DNA of 64,000 bases from Bdellovibrionota bacterium (GCA_044345405.1 JBIJBE010000010.1:1-64000); one strand, 5' to 3'. Positions 49,657-58,544 are shown, numbered from the stretch's first letter. Program-made: numbers and translations. The notes: generated by a model not told the origin, from the sequence alone.

Positions 49657-50835
49657 TTACCTGACCGTGATTGAGAGAAGTTTCGGGAAGTTCCTCCCGG
49701 AGTCCAACAACTCCATACCGGACTCCTGGATGTGCGTGCCCTCAAATGACACCACCTCAAGATTATGGGAGGTGCCCGAACTTATCAGTGCCTCAACGCA
49801 CAAACTATCCGCGTTGGAGTGTGAGAGGGTGAGCTCTCGAAGCTTCGGAAACCGGGTGCTAAAGATATCGGCGAAATCCTCGGATGATAGGCTGTATCCT
49901 CGAATCGTGAGCCGCTCAAGAGAGGGCGCTAGTTCTTTGAGTGTTTCGATCCCGTTCTCGTCGATGTTAGCGTTGATATCAAGCGAGGTTGTTATTCCGG
50001 GCTGAACGAAGCGATTGAGAAAGGAGTAGGGACCGAAGCGATAGCTCGCCGATACTGCGTCGATCCGTACGTATTCGCCGATCAACTTCCATCGCCTTCT
50101 CTCCTCGTGGCTATCAGGAAGGCACCCGATAACGTTGAGCTCTCGCACAAAGTGGGTCCCTTTGTATCCGCACACCGGCGCGGCGTCGAGTGGATGACAG
50201 GTAAGGGTATGTAGTTTAGGCGCGAGGTGCCCGAGACTTGCCACATCCGGATCTACGCCACGAAGGGTCAGCTCTTCCACACCCTCCATTACCTTCGCGT
50301 CGTTGAGCATCGACGCGATGTTCTTGCTACACTCCAGAATGTGTAGCTTTCGAATGGGATGCGCCTTCGCGACTGATGCCACAAGCCCCGCGCCTTCGCC
50401 CGATCCAGAGATGGTTATCTCATCGATCAAGCCGTTTCGAAGACGAACATTCGTGTCGCGACCGTAGCTAAAGGGCGCGAGACGTCGGCCTATCTCTTCC
50501 GCGGCGCGCAGCGAGTCGTAGTGCTTGGCGCGGGCGCGCTCATCGGATGAGAGAGTGCGCGCGCTTCCGAGCGCGCACATATCCCTGATTAACTCCGCTT
50601 TGGCGATATCAGCCTCTGTCCCTTGCGTCTCAAGGAAGTCGGCGTAGCGAAGGTAGTTCGAATTGTTTTCTCCACCTCCGTTCTTTCTGATCTCCGCGAT
50701 GAAGGTACGCTCCTCGTCACCGCGAACTCGCTGTTCCCAGTTGATGTGAGCGAGATCTACCGCTGATGGCTGTTGTGTTGAGACAAAAGGTATATCTTCG
50801 GCGAATGCGTGCGCCGATCCTGCGTGACGTCCCAT
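49657..50835 (-). CDS. TIGR02996-like domain plus leucine-rich repeat protein
   Basis: YLRYADFLE.QG...KAELIR..C.L; LxxLxI/L repeats (LERLTI, FPKLRELTLS, LEVVSF). Confidence 0.7.
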   Translation of the reverse strand: MGRHAGSAHAFAEDIPFVSTQQPSAVDLAHINWEQRVRGDEERTFIAEIRKNGGGENNSNYLRYADFLETQGTEADIAKAELIRDMCALGSARTLSSDERARAKHYDSLRAAEEIGRRLAPFSYGRDTNVRLRNGLIDEITISGSGEGAGLVASVAKAHPIRKLHILECSKNIASMLNDAKVMEGVEELTLRGVDPDVASLGHLAPKLHTLTCHPLDAAPVCGYKGTHFVRELNVIGCLPDSHEERRRWKLIGEYVRIDAVSASYRFGPYSFLNRFVQPGITTSLDINANIDENGIETLKELAPSLERLTIRGYSLSSEDFADIFSTRFPKLRELTLSHSNADSLCVEALISSGTSHNLEVVSFEGTHIQESGMELLDSGRNFPKLLSITVR

Positions 50836-50979
50836 ACTTAATCCCCCCTAAAGTAGTGACGGTCTAGAGGATGGTATGTGAGGCAGTGAAGGTGATGTGA
50901 CCTCAGTGCCGTAAGGGGCTCTTTTAAGGGAAGATCCCGACGCAGGGAGCGGTTAAGCCACCCTTCAAATCCCGCGGTT

Positions 50980-51654
50980 TTAGGTGGGAAGGGAGAGGAC
51001 GTAGATCTGGTTCTCTTCGATAACGATATGCTTGGTTTTTTCAAGCTCTTTGAGCGCTCGGGTGACCGCTTCACGGGAGGAGCCGATCATGCTCGCCAGC
51101 GCTTGATGAGTGGGCGGTTCGTGGGTGACGTGAGCTGGCGCTCCGTCATATTCGCTCGGAACGCTCATCTCAAAGAGGATTCGAGCGACGCGGGAGGTCA
51201 CATCGAAGAGCGCGAGATCCGAGATCCTCGACGACGCGGAACGAACCCGTAGGGCGAGGTTTTTGAGCATCGCTAGCGCCAGACCACCAAACTCAAGGAG
51301 ATGGGCCTCAAAATCCTCTTTAGAGCACCGGAACAGCCGACAGTTGGTGAGGGCGACAACATCAGCGACTCGCGGACCTCCACAGAGGAGTGAGATATCT
51401 CCGACTACCTCGCCTGGACGGAGGAGCGCCAAGATGACCTCCTTCCCATTTCGGAAACTGCACACCTTGATGCTGCCACTCACGATGAAGTACATCTCAG
51501 CGCCCGGTGTGCCCTCTGTAATGAGGTACTTTCCTGCCGGTATCTCAACCACGGAGAGTCGATGGTGTAGCGTGGCACGCTCCTCGGCGCAGAGATGCGA
51601 AAATGGAGGAGTCGATTCGAGCTCCAATAGTTCTGGTTGTGTTGATGAACTCAT
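50980..51654 (-). CDS. CRP/FNR-family transcriptional regulator
   Basis: cNMP-binding barrel (EG..GAEMYFIVSG, GEVVGDISLL...PR) and HTH LASMIGSSREAVTR. Confidence 0.93.
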   Translation of the reverse strand: MSSSTQPELLELESTPPFSHLCAEERATLHHRLSVVEIPAGKYLITEGTPGAEMYFIVSGSIKVCSFRNGKEVILALLRPGEVVGDISLLCGGPRVADVVALTNCRLFRCSKEDFEAHLLEFGGLALAMLKNLALRVRSASSRISDLALFDVTSRVARILFEMSVPSEYDGAPAHVTHEPPTHQALASMIGSSREAVTRALKELEKTKHIVIEENQIYVLSLPT

Positions 51655-51663
51655 CCCTTCTCC

Positions 51664-52761
51664 TCAGAGCACCGCTTCCTTCGTAATGATCAAGGCCCTT
51701 CTTGGATTACCGTCTGGAGAGAAAGAAGATACGGTAGTTTGAAAGGCTTGAGCAACCTCAAGGAGCCGTGAGTCAGTGTTGCCAGGCAAGTCTAGAGTAA
51801 CTGTTCCTCCGCGCCTAGTGATTCGTAGCGCCTCGCGCAGAGATTCCACGCAAGGGTCGTGACATATCACGCGAGAACAGAACTCATCGGGGAGGGGAAA
51901 CGCACCTCTTGTTCCTGGCACGGCGAGCGCGGCCCCTTCGCAGGCGAGCGCGCTTCCCGCGAGCTCCGCGAGGGACTCCTTGCGTCGAGTCTCCTCTGGA
52001 TGAATCGCGACGTAGAACTCCCGCGGATTCTGAAGCGAGGGGGTGATCTTTCCGCTCGGAAAGAATTCGACGGTTACCGGCGTGTGTTCCCCAAAGGTAT
52101 CCCTCCACAACGTGGCCATGTTGCGCGTCGCGCTCGTGTGAAAAACGGAACGGCCTTGGCTATCCCTCGCCTCCGGAGTTAGGTCCAACATTGGCCACAT
52201 GAATCGCTCAAGGTACATGAATGCTCCACGCAGCCAATTACCGAACGGTATCTCCGTTTGTTTCGCTAGTTGCGCCTCTTGGTGCAACGCGAGACTCCCT
52301 TCCTTGAACTCGTCGAACGTGGATCCGATGTTCCAGAGGTCCGCCGCTCGGATGATTATCTCCTCTGGTGTTGAGGGGCGAACGTCGGGATTGGTGGCCA
52401 TGATGATGTCGTGGACTTTCATGGCGTTAGACTGGGAATACCCGTTCTCTATCAGGAAGCGATAGGTGAACGTTGCGGCCAAGCTCTCAGCGCTCTCGTA
52501 GCCGAGCATGCGAGCCGGCATGTGTGATAAGGCATCGTGTAGTTCGATGGCGTTGCGGAGGGCCTCGCCATCAACCGGAATGCCGTGGTGAGCGCATCGC
52601 TCCATCAAGATCTCAGCTTTCGACCACACCGTATCGGGGTGCGATATGCCGTGGTAGGGGGATTGGGCGTCGGGTAGATAGGTGCGTTCCCGAATGTGTC
52701 TGAGTGTGAGGCGTTGCTCAAGAGAGGCGTCAGAGGGAAGGGGATGGGCGATGTTGTTCAT
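51664..52761 (-). CDS. HD-superfamily phosphohydrolase fused to a degenerate SAM-methyltransferase-like domain
   Basis: YHGISH, LHDALSH, IMATN, RAADLWN; C-terminal FPLPDEFCSRV...LREALRITRRGG. Confidence 0.75.
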   Translation of the reverse strand: MNNIAHPLPSDASLEQRLTLRHIRERTYLPDAQSPYHGISHPDTVWSKAEILMERCAHHGIPVDGEALRNAIELHDALSHMPARMLGYESAESLAATFTYRFLIENGYSQSNAMKVHDIIMATNPDVRPSTPEEIIIRAADLWNIGSTFDEFKEGSLALHQEAQLAKQTEIPFGNWLRGAFMYLERFMWPMLDLTPEARDSQGRSVFHTSATRNMATLWRDTFGEHTPVTVEFFPSGKITPSLQNPREFYVAIHPEETRRKESLAELAGSALACEGAALAVPGTRGAFPLPDEFCSRVICHDPCVESLREALRITRRGGTVTLDLPGNTDSRLLEVAQAFQTTVSSFSPDGNPRRALIITKEAVL

Positions 52762-52830
52762 ATGGGCACTCCTGTTGGGGAAGGTTGCTTTCCCTCACTG
52801 TAGTCACGTGGGAGACCGTACGTTGCCCGT

Positions 52831-52846
52831 TGTGATAAATGTCACT
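52831..52846. promoter_or_regulatory. CRP-type binding site
   Basis: TGTGA-taaatg-TCACT, 9/10 match to TGTGA-N6-TCACA, 70-85 nt upstream of the HD-CRP operon. Confidence 0.75.
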
Positions 52847-52882
52847 GAAAAATGGGAGGGGGAGATCGAGCGGAAGTAAGGC

Positions 52883-52912
52883 AAAGAAAAAGGGGCTCTC
52901 GGAGCCCCTTTT
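52883..52912 (-). terminator. Intrinsic (possibly bidirectional) terminator
   Basis: AAAAGGGGCTC-tcg-GAGCCCCTTTT with an extended A run on the left. Confidence 0.85.
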
Positions 52913-52915
52913 GAG

Positions 52916-53176
52916 TTACGCCGCTCTGCGTCTCGTACGAATCTTCGTTTTCGAGTTCAGAATTGCGTGCCGCGTTTTTTCGGGATTGAATCCAAAGTAA
53001 CGGCAGATCGAATTGAAGGAGAGAACGTATTCCTCGTCTTCGTCCATGAGGTAATCGAGTGCCTCTTGTCGAAGTTCTGGTCCACTGCTCAGATCCTCGA
53101 TAGTTCGAAGGATCATTGCTCTCATTAACTCACTAACTGCCGTGTATCCCTTCCCGCCGAGATACGCGAGATCCAT
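52916..53176 (-). CDS. Small hypothetical protein
   Basis: LMRAMILRTIED...EA..Y...SFNSIC..FGFNP pattern with basic tail; ATG 53176 preferred over TTG 53320. Confidence 0.75.
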   Translation of the reverse strand: MDLAYLGGKGYTAVSELMRAMILRTIEDLSSGPELRQEALDYLMDEDEEYVLSFNSICRYFGFNPEKTRHAILNSKTKIRTRRRAA

Positions 53177-53519
53177 TTCAGGTAAACGATCTGAGCTGCT
53201 CACTGTAGACTCCAAAAAGTTAGTCGTACATTCACGATTGAAGCCGCTCACCTCCAAACACTCTTCTCCGGCGTACACACGGCAAAGGGCGTCAGAACGT
53301 AAGCTCACTTCGAAAACCAATGAGCAAAACTGTTGTAACCTGTGTTCTCGATAAAGGTCGCCCCGTATCGAGAAGACTGCATGCGTTATGGTAGGGGGTG
53401 GTAGGGGCGCAACCTAGAAAAAACGGGAAAAGGCGAAAAAGGGGCGAGGGATGGGGATTTTAGCGGGGGAGGGTTGTTTTTATGGGTGTTTTTGGGGTGT
53501 TTTTGGGCCCGTTGGCTCG

Positions 53520-53636
53520 ACCCGGCACACCGGAGGGCGACCATTCCTGGTCGCCATATGGGTGCGAGGGGCGAAGGGAGTTTGGGGTACGGGGCATTGC
53601 GGCGCGCAGGAATGCGCGCCCTCCGGTGTGCCGGGT
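53520..53636. repeat. REP-like cluster 4 (inverted doublet with perfect 20-bp terminal inverted repeat)
   Basis: A+ at 53531, variant GGCGCGCATTCCTGCGCGCC on minus at 53600; IR 53520-53539/53617-53636. Confidence 0.9.
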
Positions 53637-53641
53637 TGCTT

Positions 53642-54721
53642 CTACAACACCCGCTCTAAGGCGAAATCGATCACGGCAAACAGCGCTTCCCCTTCAGGTG
53701 TAAGGTTGCTCAGATCGCCGCCAAGCGCCTCGGCGAGATTCTTCGTCGCGATGTCCGCGTGATAGCGAGCTGCCTTTTTCGCCTCCAGTAGCACAGCGCT
53801 CTCGCGCAATTTGGCGAGCGATTCATCAACGAAGGTCTGTTCGGTGGATGGATCCGGGGGGACGAGCAATCGCTTCGCGGCCGGATCTCCGCTCGCGATC
53901 CAGAGAATGTTGATCAGAGACGGCTTGCGCTCCGCGATATCGATCCCGGGTCGCTTACCGAGGGTGGCCTCGTCAGAGGTCACGTCGAGGATATCATCGA
54001 TGATCTGGAAGGCGATGCCGAGCGATTCTCCGAACTTGGTCATCTTCTCCTTCACGTCATCAGGAGAATCTGTCAGGGACGCTCCGCAGAACGCAGCGAG
54101 GCGGAAGAGCGACGCGGTTTTGCGGGTCGCGATCGTGAGGCTCGACTCAGGTGTATGTTCGCCGAGCGGAACAGCTATCTCGAGGGTCTCTCCCTCGACA
54201 AGCTCGATGCATGCTTGCTCGGTCGCCTCAATTATTTCACGGTCGAGCCGTGAGCAGAGACCGAACGCGCGCGTCAGGAGGAAGTCCCCGGAGAGAAGGG
54301 TTCCTGGAGTGCCATACTTCGCGTACGCCGACGGTTTGTGACGACGGATCGGTGATTGATCGATGATGTCGTCGTGCATCAAGGTCGCCATGTGAATCAA
54401 CTCGATGCCAGCGGCGATGTCGATGATATCTTCTGTAATCTCCTCGGCTCCGAGCGCTTTAGAGCAGAGAAGGGCGAGGATAGGGCGAATGCGCTTGCCT
54501 CCGAGGCTTAAGAGGTATTCGGGGATCTCGCGCATGATAGCGACGTCCGACTTGAACGTGCTTCGGATGCGGGCTTCGACGGTTGCTATCTCAGGCACGA
54601 GGGTGAGGGCGTGCGCGAACCGTTCCTTAGCGGAGGGTTGCGTTGGTGCGTCTTGGATAGTCGGGGCTGGCGTCATAGGTGTCTTTGTAGGGGCCATCTT
54701 GGTCCGAGGGGACGTTACCAC
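53642..54721 (-). CDS. Long-chain polyprenyl diphosphate synthase (IspB-like)
   Basis: GGKRIRP, ELIHMATLMHDDIID, RKTASLF, FQIIDDILD. Confidence 0.93.
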   Translation of the reverse strand: MVTSPRTKMAPTKTPMTPAPTIQDAPTQPSAKERFAHALTLVPEIATVEARIRSTFKSDVAIMREIPEYLLSLGGKRIRPILALLCSKALGAEEITEDIIDIAAGIELIHMATLMHDDIIDQSPIRRHKPSAYAKYGTPGTLLSGDFLLTRAFGLCSRLDREIIEATEQACIELVEGETLEIAVPLGEHTPESSLTIATRKTASLFRLAAFCGASLTDSPDDVKEKMTKFGESLGIAFQIIDDILDVTSDEATLGKRPGIDIAERKPSLINILWIASGDPAAKRLLVPPDPSTEQTFVDESLAKLRESAVLLEAKKAARYHADIATKNLAEALGGDLSNLTPEGEALFAVIDFALERVL

Positions 54722-54779
54722 GGGAATGATGAAGGGGAAATTAATTCACCCGGAGGGCGGCGGAATGACGTGCAAATGT

Positions 54780-54831
54780 GGTGTGAAGAAAACAAGGTGT
54801 GAAGGAAACCAGGTGTGAAGGAAACAAGGTG
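54780..54831. repeat. 16-bp tandem repeat x3 plus partial unit
   Basis: ggtgtgaagaaaacaa / ggtgtgaaggaaacca / ggtgtgaaggaaacaa / ggtg. Confidence 0.85.
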
Positions 54832-54952
54832 AGGTGAAGATCGAACCCCAATCACAACCGCACGGGGAGAAGCCGCGTTGAGCGGCGAGAGGGGGCAAAG
54901 CCCCCTGGGCCGAAGCGCCGAGCGGGAATAACAGCGCCGAATGGAAATAATG

Positions 54953-55027
54953 TGTCTCCGACGGGATTCGAACCCGTGTTACCTGCGTGAAAGGCGGGTG
55001 TCCTAGGCCAGGCTAGACGACGGAGAC
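54953..55027 (-). tRNA. tRNA-Glu(TTC); CCA not encoded
   Basis: GTCTCCG/CGGAGAC acceptor stem, CT-TTC-AC anticodon loop, GGTTCGAATCC T arm. Confidence 0.95.
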
Positions 55028-55148
55028 ATATATGGGCGAGACTAACCTTTCGGTCCCCGGTACGGCAGGGGGTCTCTTCCAAGGGCCCTAGAGTTACTTG
55101 AAGTAGCTCTTTGGGTCAACCCTTGAGGGCAACTTCCTGGTATCATTT

Positions 55149-56339
55149 GTGTACGTTATGACGGTCCTGTCCCTCGAACATCTCAAGACACTCGCCGCCC
55201 AGGTCGGACTCTCTATCGTGACGGTAGCTACTCCCGACGAATTGGTCGAGGACCGCCCCCACCTTGAGGGGTGGCAAGAGCAGGGTTTGGCAGCCGAGAT
55301 GGCGTTCATGGAGCGACCCTCTGAGCTGCTCACTACGCCGGCGAAACTGCTTCCGTCTGTGAAGAGTATCGTCGTTATCGCCGTCGCCTACGACCGCACG
55401 CCACGCCCCGAACGTGCGCCAGGGTACGGTCGTATCGCCCGGTACGCGTGGGGGCGGGATTACCACAAGGTCCTACGGCGTCGCCTTGAACGGCTCCTTG
55501 AGGTTGTGCAATCGCACGTCGGTCATTCGATTGAGTATCGAGTGTTCGCTGATTCGGTTCCCCTTCTTGAGCGAGCGCTTGCCCGACGATCGGGGCTCGG
55601 ATTCATCGGCAAGAATACGATGGCGATAATTCCTAAAGAGGGAAGCTTCTTTTTCTTGGGCGAGCTCCTGTGGAACCTGGAGATTGAGCGGCCAACGGAT
55701 CAGCCTCGCTCCCCATCCTCATGCGGTACGTGTACACAATGTCTCTCGAAGTGTCCGACCGGAGCCTTTGTGAAGGAGCATGTCCTCGACGCGAGGCGTT
55801 GTATCTCGTATCTGACTATCGAGAAGCGAAGCGCGCTGAGTTATCAGGAGCGCGAGTGGATTGGTGAGTGGCTCTTCGGATGCGATATCTGCCAAGAGGT
55901 ATGTCCATTCAACATCGTGCCGCTCAAGAAGCGCCTCGGCCCTCAGGTTCCAGAGTTAGGGCGAGAGGAGGGGGTCGGTCCTACCGTTTCGCTCGAGCGG
56001 GTACTTCGGATGCGCGGTGACGAGGAGTATCGAGCGGTCTTTCAGGGGACGGCGGTGATGCGGGCTAAACGAGAGGGGCTAGCTCGGAACGCCGCGGTTG
56101 TCGCGGCGAACACCCATGCGGAGCATCTTATTCCCCTCCTTGGGGAGGTGGTTAGACACGACGGATCGCCCCTTGTTCGTCAGCACTCGGTGTGGGCTAC
56201 GGCCGTGATGGCGTCACGGTTGGGGGAGGGCGCCCTATCCAGCGCGAAAGCGCTTCTTGATATCGCCGCTCGCGATGAGGCGGAGAGTGTGCGACAGGAG
56301 GTGCTGACCATACGCTCCCAGTTGCGCAATTTCGCCTAA
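55149..56339 (+). CDS. queG: Epoxyqueuosine reductase
   Basis: IARYAWGRDYH, GKN, CGTCTQCLSKCPT, DARRCISYLTIE, FGCDICQEVCP; HEAT-like tail. Confidence 0.95.
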   Translation: MYVMTVLSLEHLKTLAAQVGLSIVTVATPDELVEDRPHLEGWQEQGLAAEMAFMERPSELLTTPAKLLPSVKSIVVIAVAYDRTPRPERAPGYGRIARYAWGRDYHKVLRRRLERLLEVVQSHVGHSIEYRVFADSVPLLERALARRSGLGFIGKNTMAIIPKEGSFFFLGELLWNLEIERPTDQPRSPSSCGTCTQCLSKCPTGAFVKEHVLDARRCISYLTIEKRSALSYQEREWIGEWLFGCDICQEVCPFNIVPLKKRLGPQVPELGREEGVGPTVSLERVLRMRGDEEYRAVFQGTAVMRAKREGLARNAAVVAANTHAEHLIPLLGEVVRHDGSPLVRQHSVWATAVMASRLGEGALSSAKALLDIAARDEAESVRQEVLTIRSQLRNFA

Positions 56340-56357
56340 GACTCCACACTCAGGGGC

Positions 56358-56942
56358 ATGAATACAACCAAGTTTCTCTCCGTTTTCGCCCTCTCTCTCG
56401 TTGTCTCCGCGTGCGCTCCAAGTTTGGGGCTTCGGATGGAGGCGCCCGATGTGGTCAACGAGGACGCGGAGAAGAATCCTGTTGTCGCGAACGCCGCCGC
56501 GGGATCAAAAGCTCGGATCGGGCCGTTTCTTGATGGGCGCTCATCAGACACCATCGCGATGATAGATGGTCGTCAGGTTCGTACCGAAGGATCGGTGGGG
56601 ACAGCTGTGCAAACCGGTTTTGAGCGGCAACTCCGTGAAGCGGGCGTGCGGGTTGTGCTTCTTCAGGCTCCAACCATCGAAGGTGAGGTTGTGGACTGGA
56701 AGGCGCGCGTAACTCCGGATTTCCCAGCGTCAAAGGTTGTCGCGAATGCCAAGGTGAAGGTGACGATCAAGGGACCGAAGTCAGAGGTTCTCTATCGTGC
56801 CACCTATTCAGGTGAAGCAAACAAGACCCATCCCGTGCTCGGAGAGAGCGATATTCAAGCAACGCTGGGAACCGCCATGGCGACCGCCCTTGAGGCCGCT
56901 GTGAAGGATGATGGGTTCATGCAGCAGTTGGTGGTGAGATAA
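56358..56942 (+). CDS. Lipoprotein (YajG-like)
   Basis: VSAC lipobox; F.DGR motif; alpha/beta pattern. Confidence 0.7.
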   Translation: MNTTKFLSVFALSLVVSACAPSLGLRMEAPDVVNEDAEKNPVVANAAAGSKARIGPFLDGRSSDTIAMIDGRQVRTEGSVGTAVQTGFERQLREAGVRVVLLQAPTIEGEVVDWKARVTPDFPASKVVANAKVKVTIKGPKSEVLYRATYSGEANKTHPVLGESDIQATLGTAMATALEAAVKDDGFMQQLVVR

Positions 56943-56954
56943 GGGGCTTGAACC

Positions 56955-57046
56955 GGGAGGGCGACCGTTCCTGGTCGCCGAAAAATCGGACCACGCAAAG
57001 GGCGTTCATCTCAAGAAACACGGCGGCCAGGAATTGCCGCCCTCCC
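56955..57046. repeat. REP-like cluster 5 (A+, variant-)
   Basis: GGGAGGGCGACCGTTCCTGGTCGCCG at 56955; inverted variant at 57021-57046. Confidence 0.88.
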
Positions 57047-57064
57047 GGGTACCGGACCCCAAAT

Positions 57065-57544
57065 TTACTGCCCGCGCTCCGTCAACTCCCGCGCCACCCG
57101 ATCCAACATCGAATCAAAGATAAGGGGATCCTTATCGCGATACTTTGTGAGGATCTCTAACGCTTTCTCAAGTTGCCCATGCTCCTCATACCACGAAGCC
57201 ACCGCGCGATATCGGTCGGCGACGAGGGGAAGCTCTACCTTTTCACGCTCCGCCTCCTCGTACGTCGCGAGGGCCTTATCGACAGCTCCGCGGTTAAGTT
57301 CGATGTCGCCAACGTTCAAAAGATAGAAGTAGGGATTCTCCCATTCGGGACGGTCGGTGACCTCGAGGCGGTTCGCGATATGTTCGCGATACATCGTGAT
57401 CGCCTCGTCGTGTTTTCCATCGCTGGTGAGCTGTTCTGCCTCGACAAGCTCGGTCGGGCCGCTTGAGAAACAGCCAGAGGTAAGCGCAAGCGCGAGTGAA
57501 CCGATGATGGTGGAGGATAGCGAGCGACGGAGCGGGAAAACCAT
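57065..57544 (-). CDS. TPR lipoprotein
   Basis: TSGC lipobox and TPR-like helices; ATG 57544. Confidence 0.75.
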   Translation of the reverse strand: MVFPLRRSLSSTIIGSLALALTSGCFSSGPTELVEAEQLTSDGKHDEAITMYREHIANRLEVTDRPEWENPYFYLLNVGDIELNRGAVDKALATYEEAEREKVELPLVADRYRAVASWYEEHGQLEKALEILTKYRDKDPLIFDSMLDRVARELTERGQ

Positions 57545-57569
57545 AGGGCTTCCTTTGTAACGCACCTCG

Positions 57570-58544
57570 TTACGCCCGACTAGAATGAATCGTCCGATCA
57601 AGCTTTTTGAGGTAATCCTTTGTGCCGAGAGTAGTCCCTGAGGGGTCGCTTCTCCATCGCTTGTGAATCCATACCCATTGGTCAGGGCGCTCGCGGATAA
57701 GCCGCTCAAGGTTGCGGTGATACTCCGCCAGGATCTCCTCGGTGCTCTTTGAGCTGTCGAGTTCCTCTGTGTGAATTTCGAAGTGCGTTCCTTTCGTGCG
57801 GATGATGAACGCGCTCACAAAACGGGCGTTGAATCGTTTGCCGAGATCAACCAGAGCGGATGGAGTTTTAGCTGGTGTACCGAGGAAGGGTACGAAGACG
57901 CTATCGACTCGAGTGTCTTGATCGATCAGCGCCGCCATGACGCGACGCTCCTTGAAGCAGGCGATAATTCGTTTGATTCCGCTTCTGTCCGAGCGCCATA
58001 TCGTGTCGATTCCGTAGGCCTCTCGCATCGAGCGGAGCGCCACCTGTACATCTGGATTGCGGGCCTCTTTGCCAACCGTCGCGAGAGGGATCCCACGGGC
58101 GATAGTGTACGCGGCGAGGAGATCCCAATTCCCCGTGTGCGCGGTCAACGCGATGATCGGTCGATCGTCCTTTGTCCATTTAAGGATCGTGTCCCACTGA
58201 GGGCACGAGATGTGGGTGAATGGTGGTTTCAAGAGGGGGTGTAAGTTCAAGCTCTCCATCATCGAGCGACCGACGTTCTCGAAGATCTTGGGAACCACCC
58301 TCGATGATGAGGCCTCCGGAAGAAACGCCTGGAGTTGAAGCGCGGCGATACGGGCCTCTCGCAGTGGAAGTCGTCCGACGAGGTTTCCGATGGCGCCCCC
58401 CAGCGCGCTTCGCGCTGAGATCGGGATGAGGCCCACCATTTTTATAAGGGTGAGAAGCGCGCGAGAGGTGAGCGTTCGCGTCTCAGGTGACGCGCTCACT
58501 TCCTCTGACGGTGATTCTTGGGAGGCTAGAGAGGCGTCGACCAT
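57570..58544 (-). CDS. Lipid A late acyltransferase (LpxL/HtrB family)
   Basis: TAHTGNWD, LIDQD, VPFLG, PDQWVWIHKRW. Confidence 0.9.
   Translation of the reverse strand: MVDASLASQESPSEEVSASPETRTLTSRALLTLIKMVGLIPISARSALGGAIGNLVGRLPLREARIAALQLQAFLPEASSSRVVPKIFENVGRSMMESLNLHPLLKPPFTHISCPQWDTILKWTKDDRPIIALTAHTGNWDLLAAYTIARGIPLATVGKEARNPDVQVALRSMREAYGIDTIWRSDRSGIKRIIACFKERRVMAALIDQDTRVDSVFVPFLGTPAKTPSALVDLGKRFNARFVSAFIIRTKGTHFEIHTEELDSSKSTEEILAEYHRNLERLIRERPDQWVWIHKRWRSDPSGTTLGTKDYLKKLDRTIHSSRA

Noticed and set aside
50980-52761. Pycsar/CBASS-like defence system
   Set aside because: No cyclase or effector (TM/TIR/nuclease) gene nearby; the cNMP-binding protein is an HTH regulator
54953-55027. 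tRNA as an island integration site
   Set aside because: No integrase and no duplicated tRNA 3' end seen; flanks are housekeeping genes
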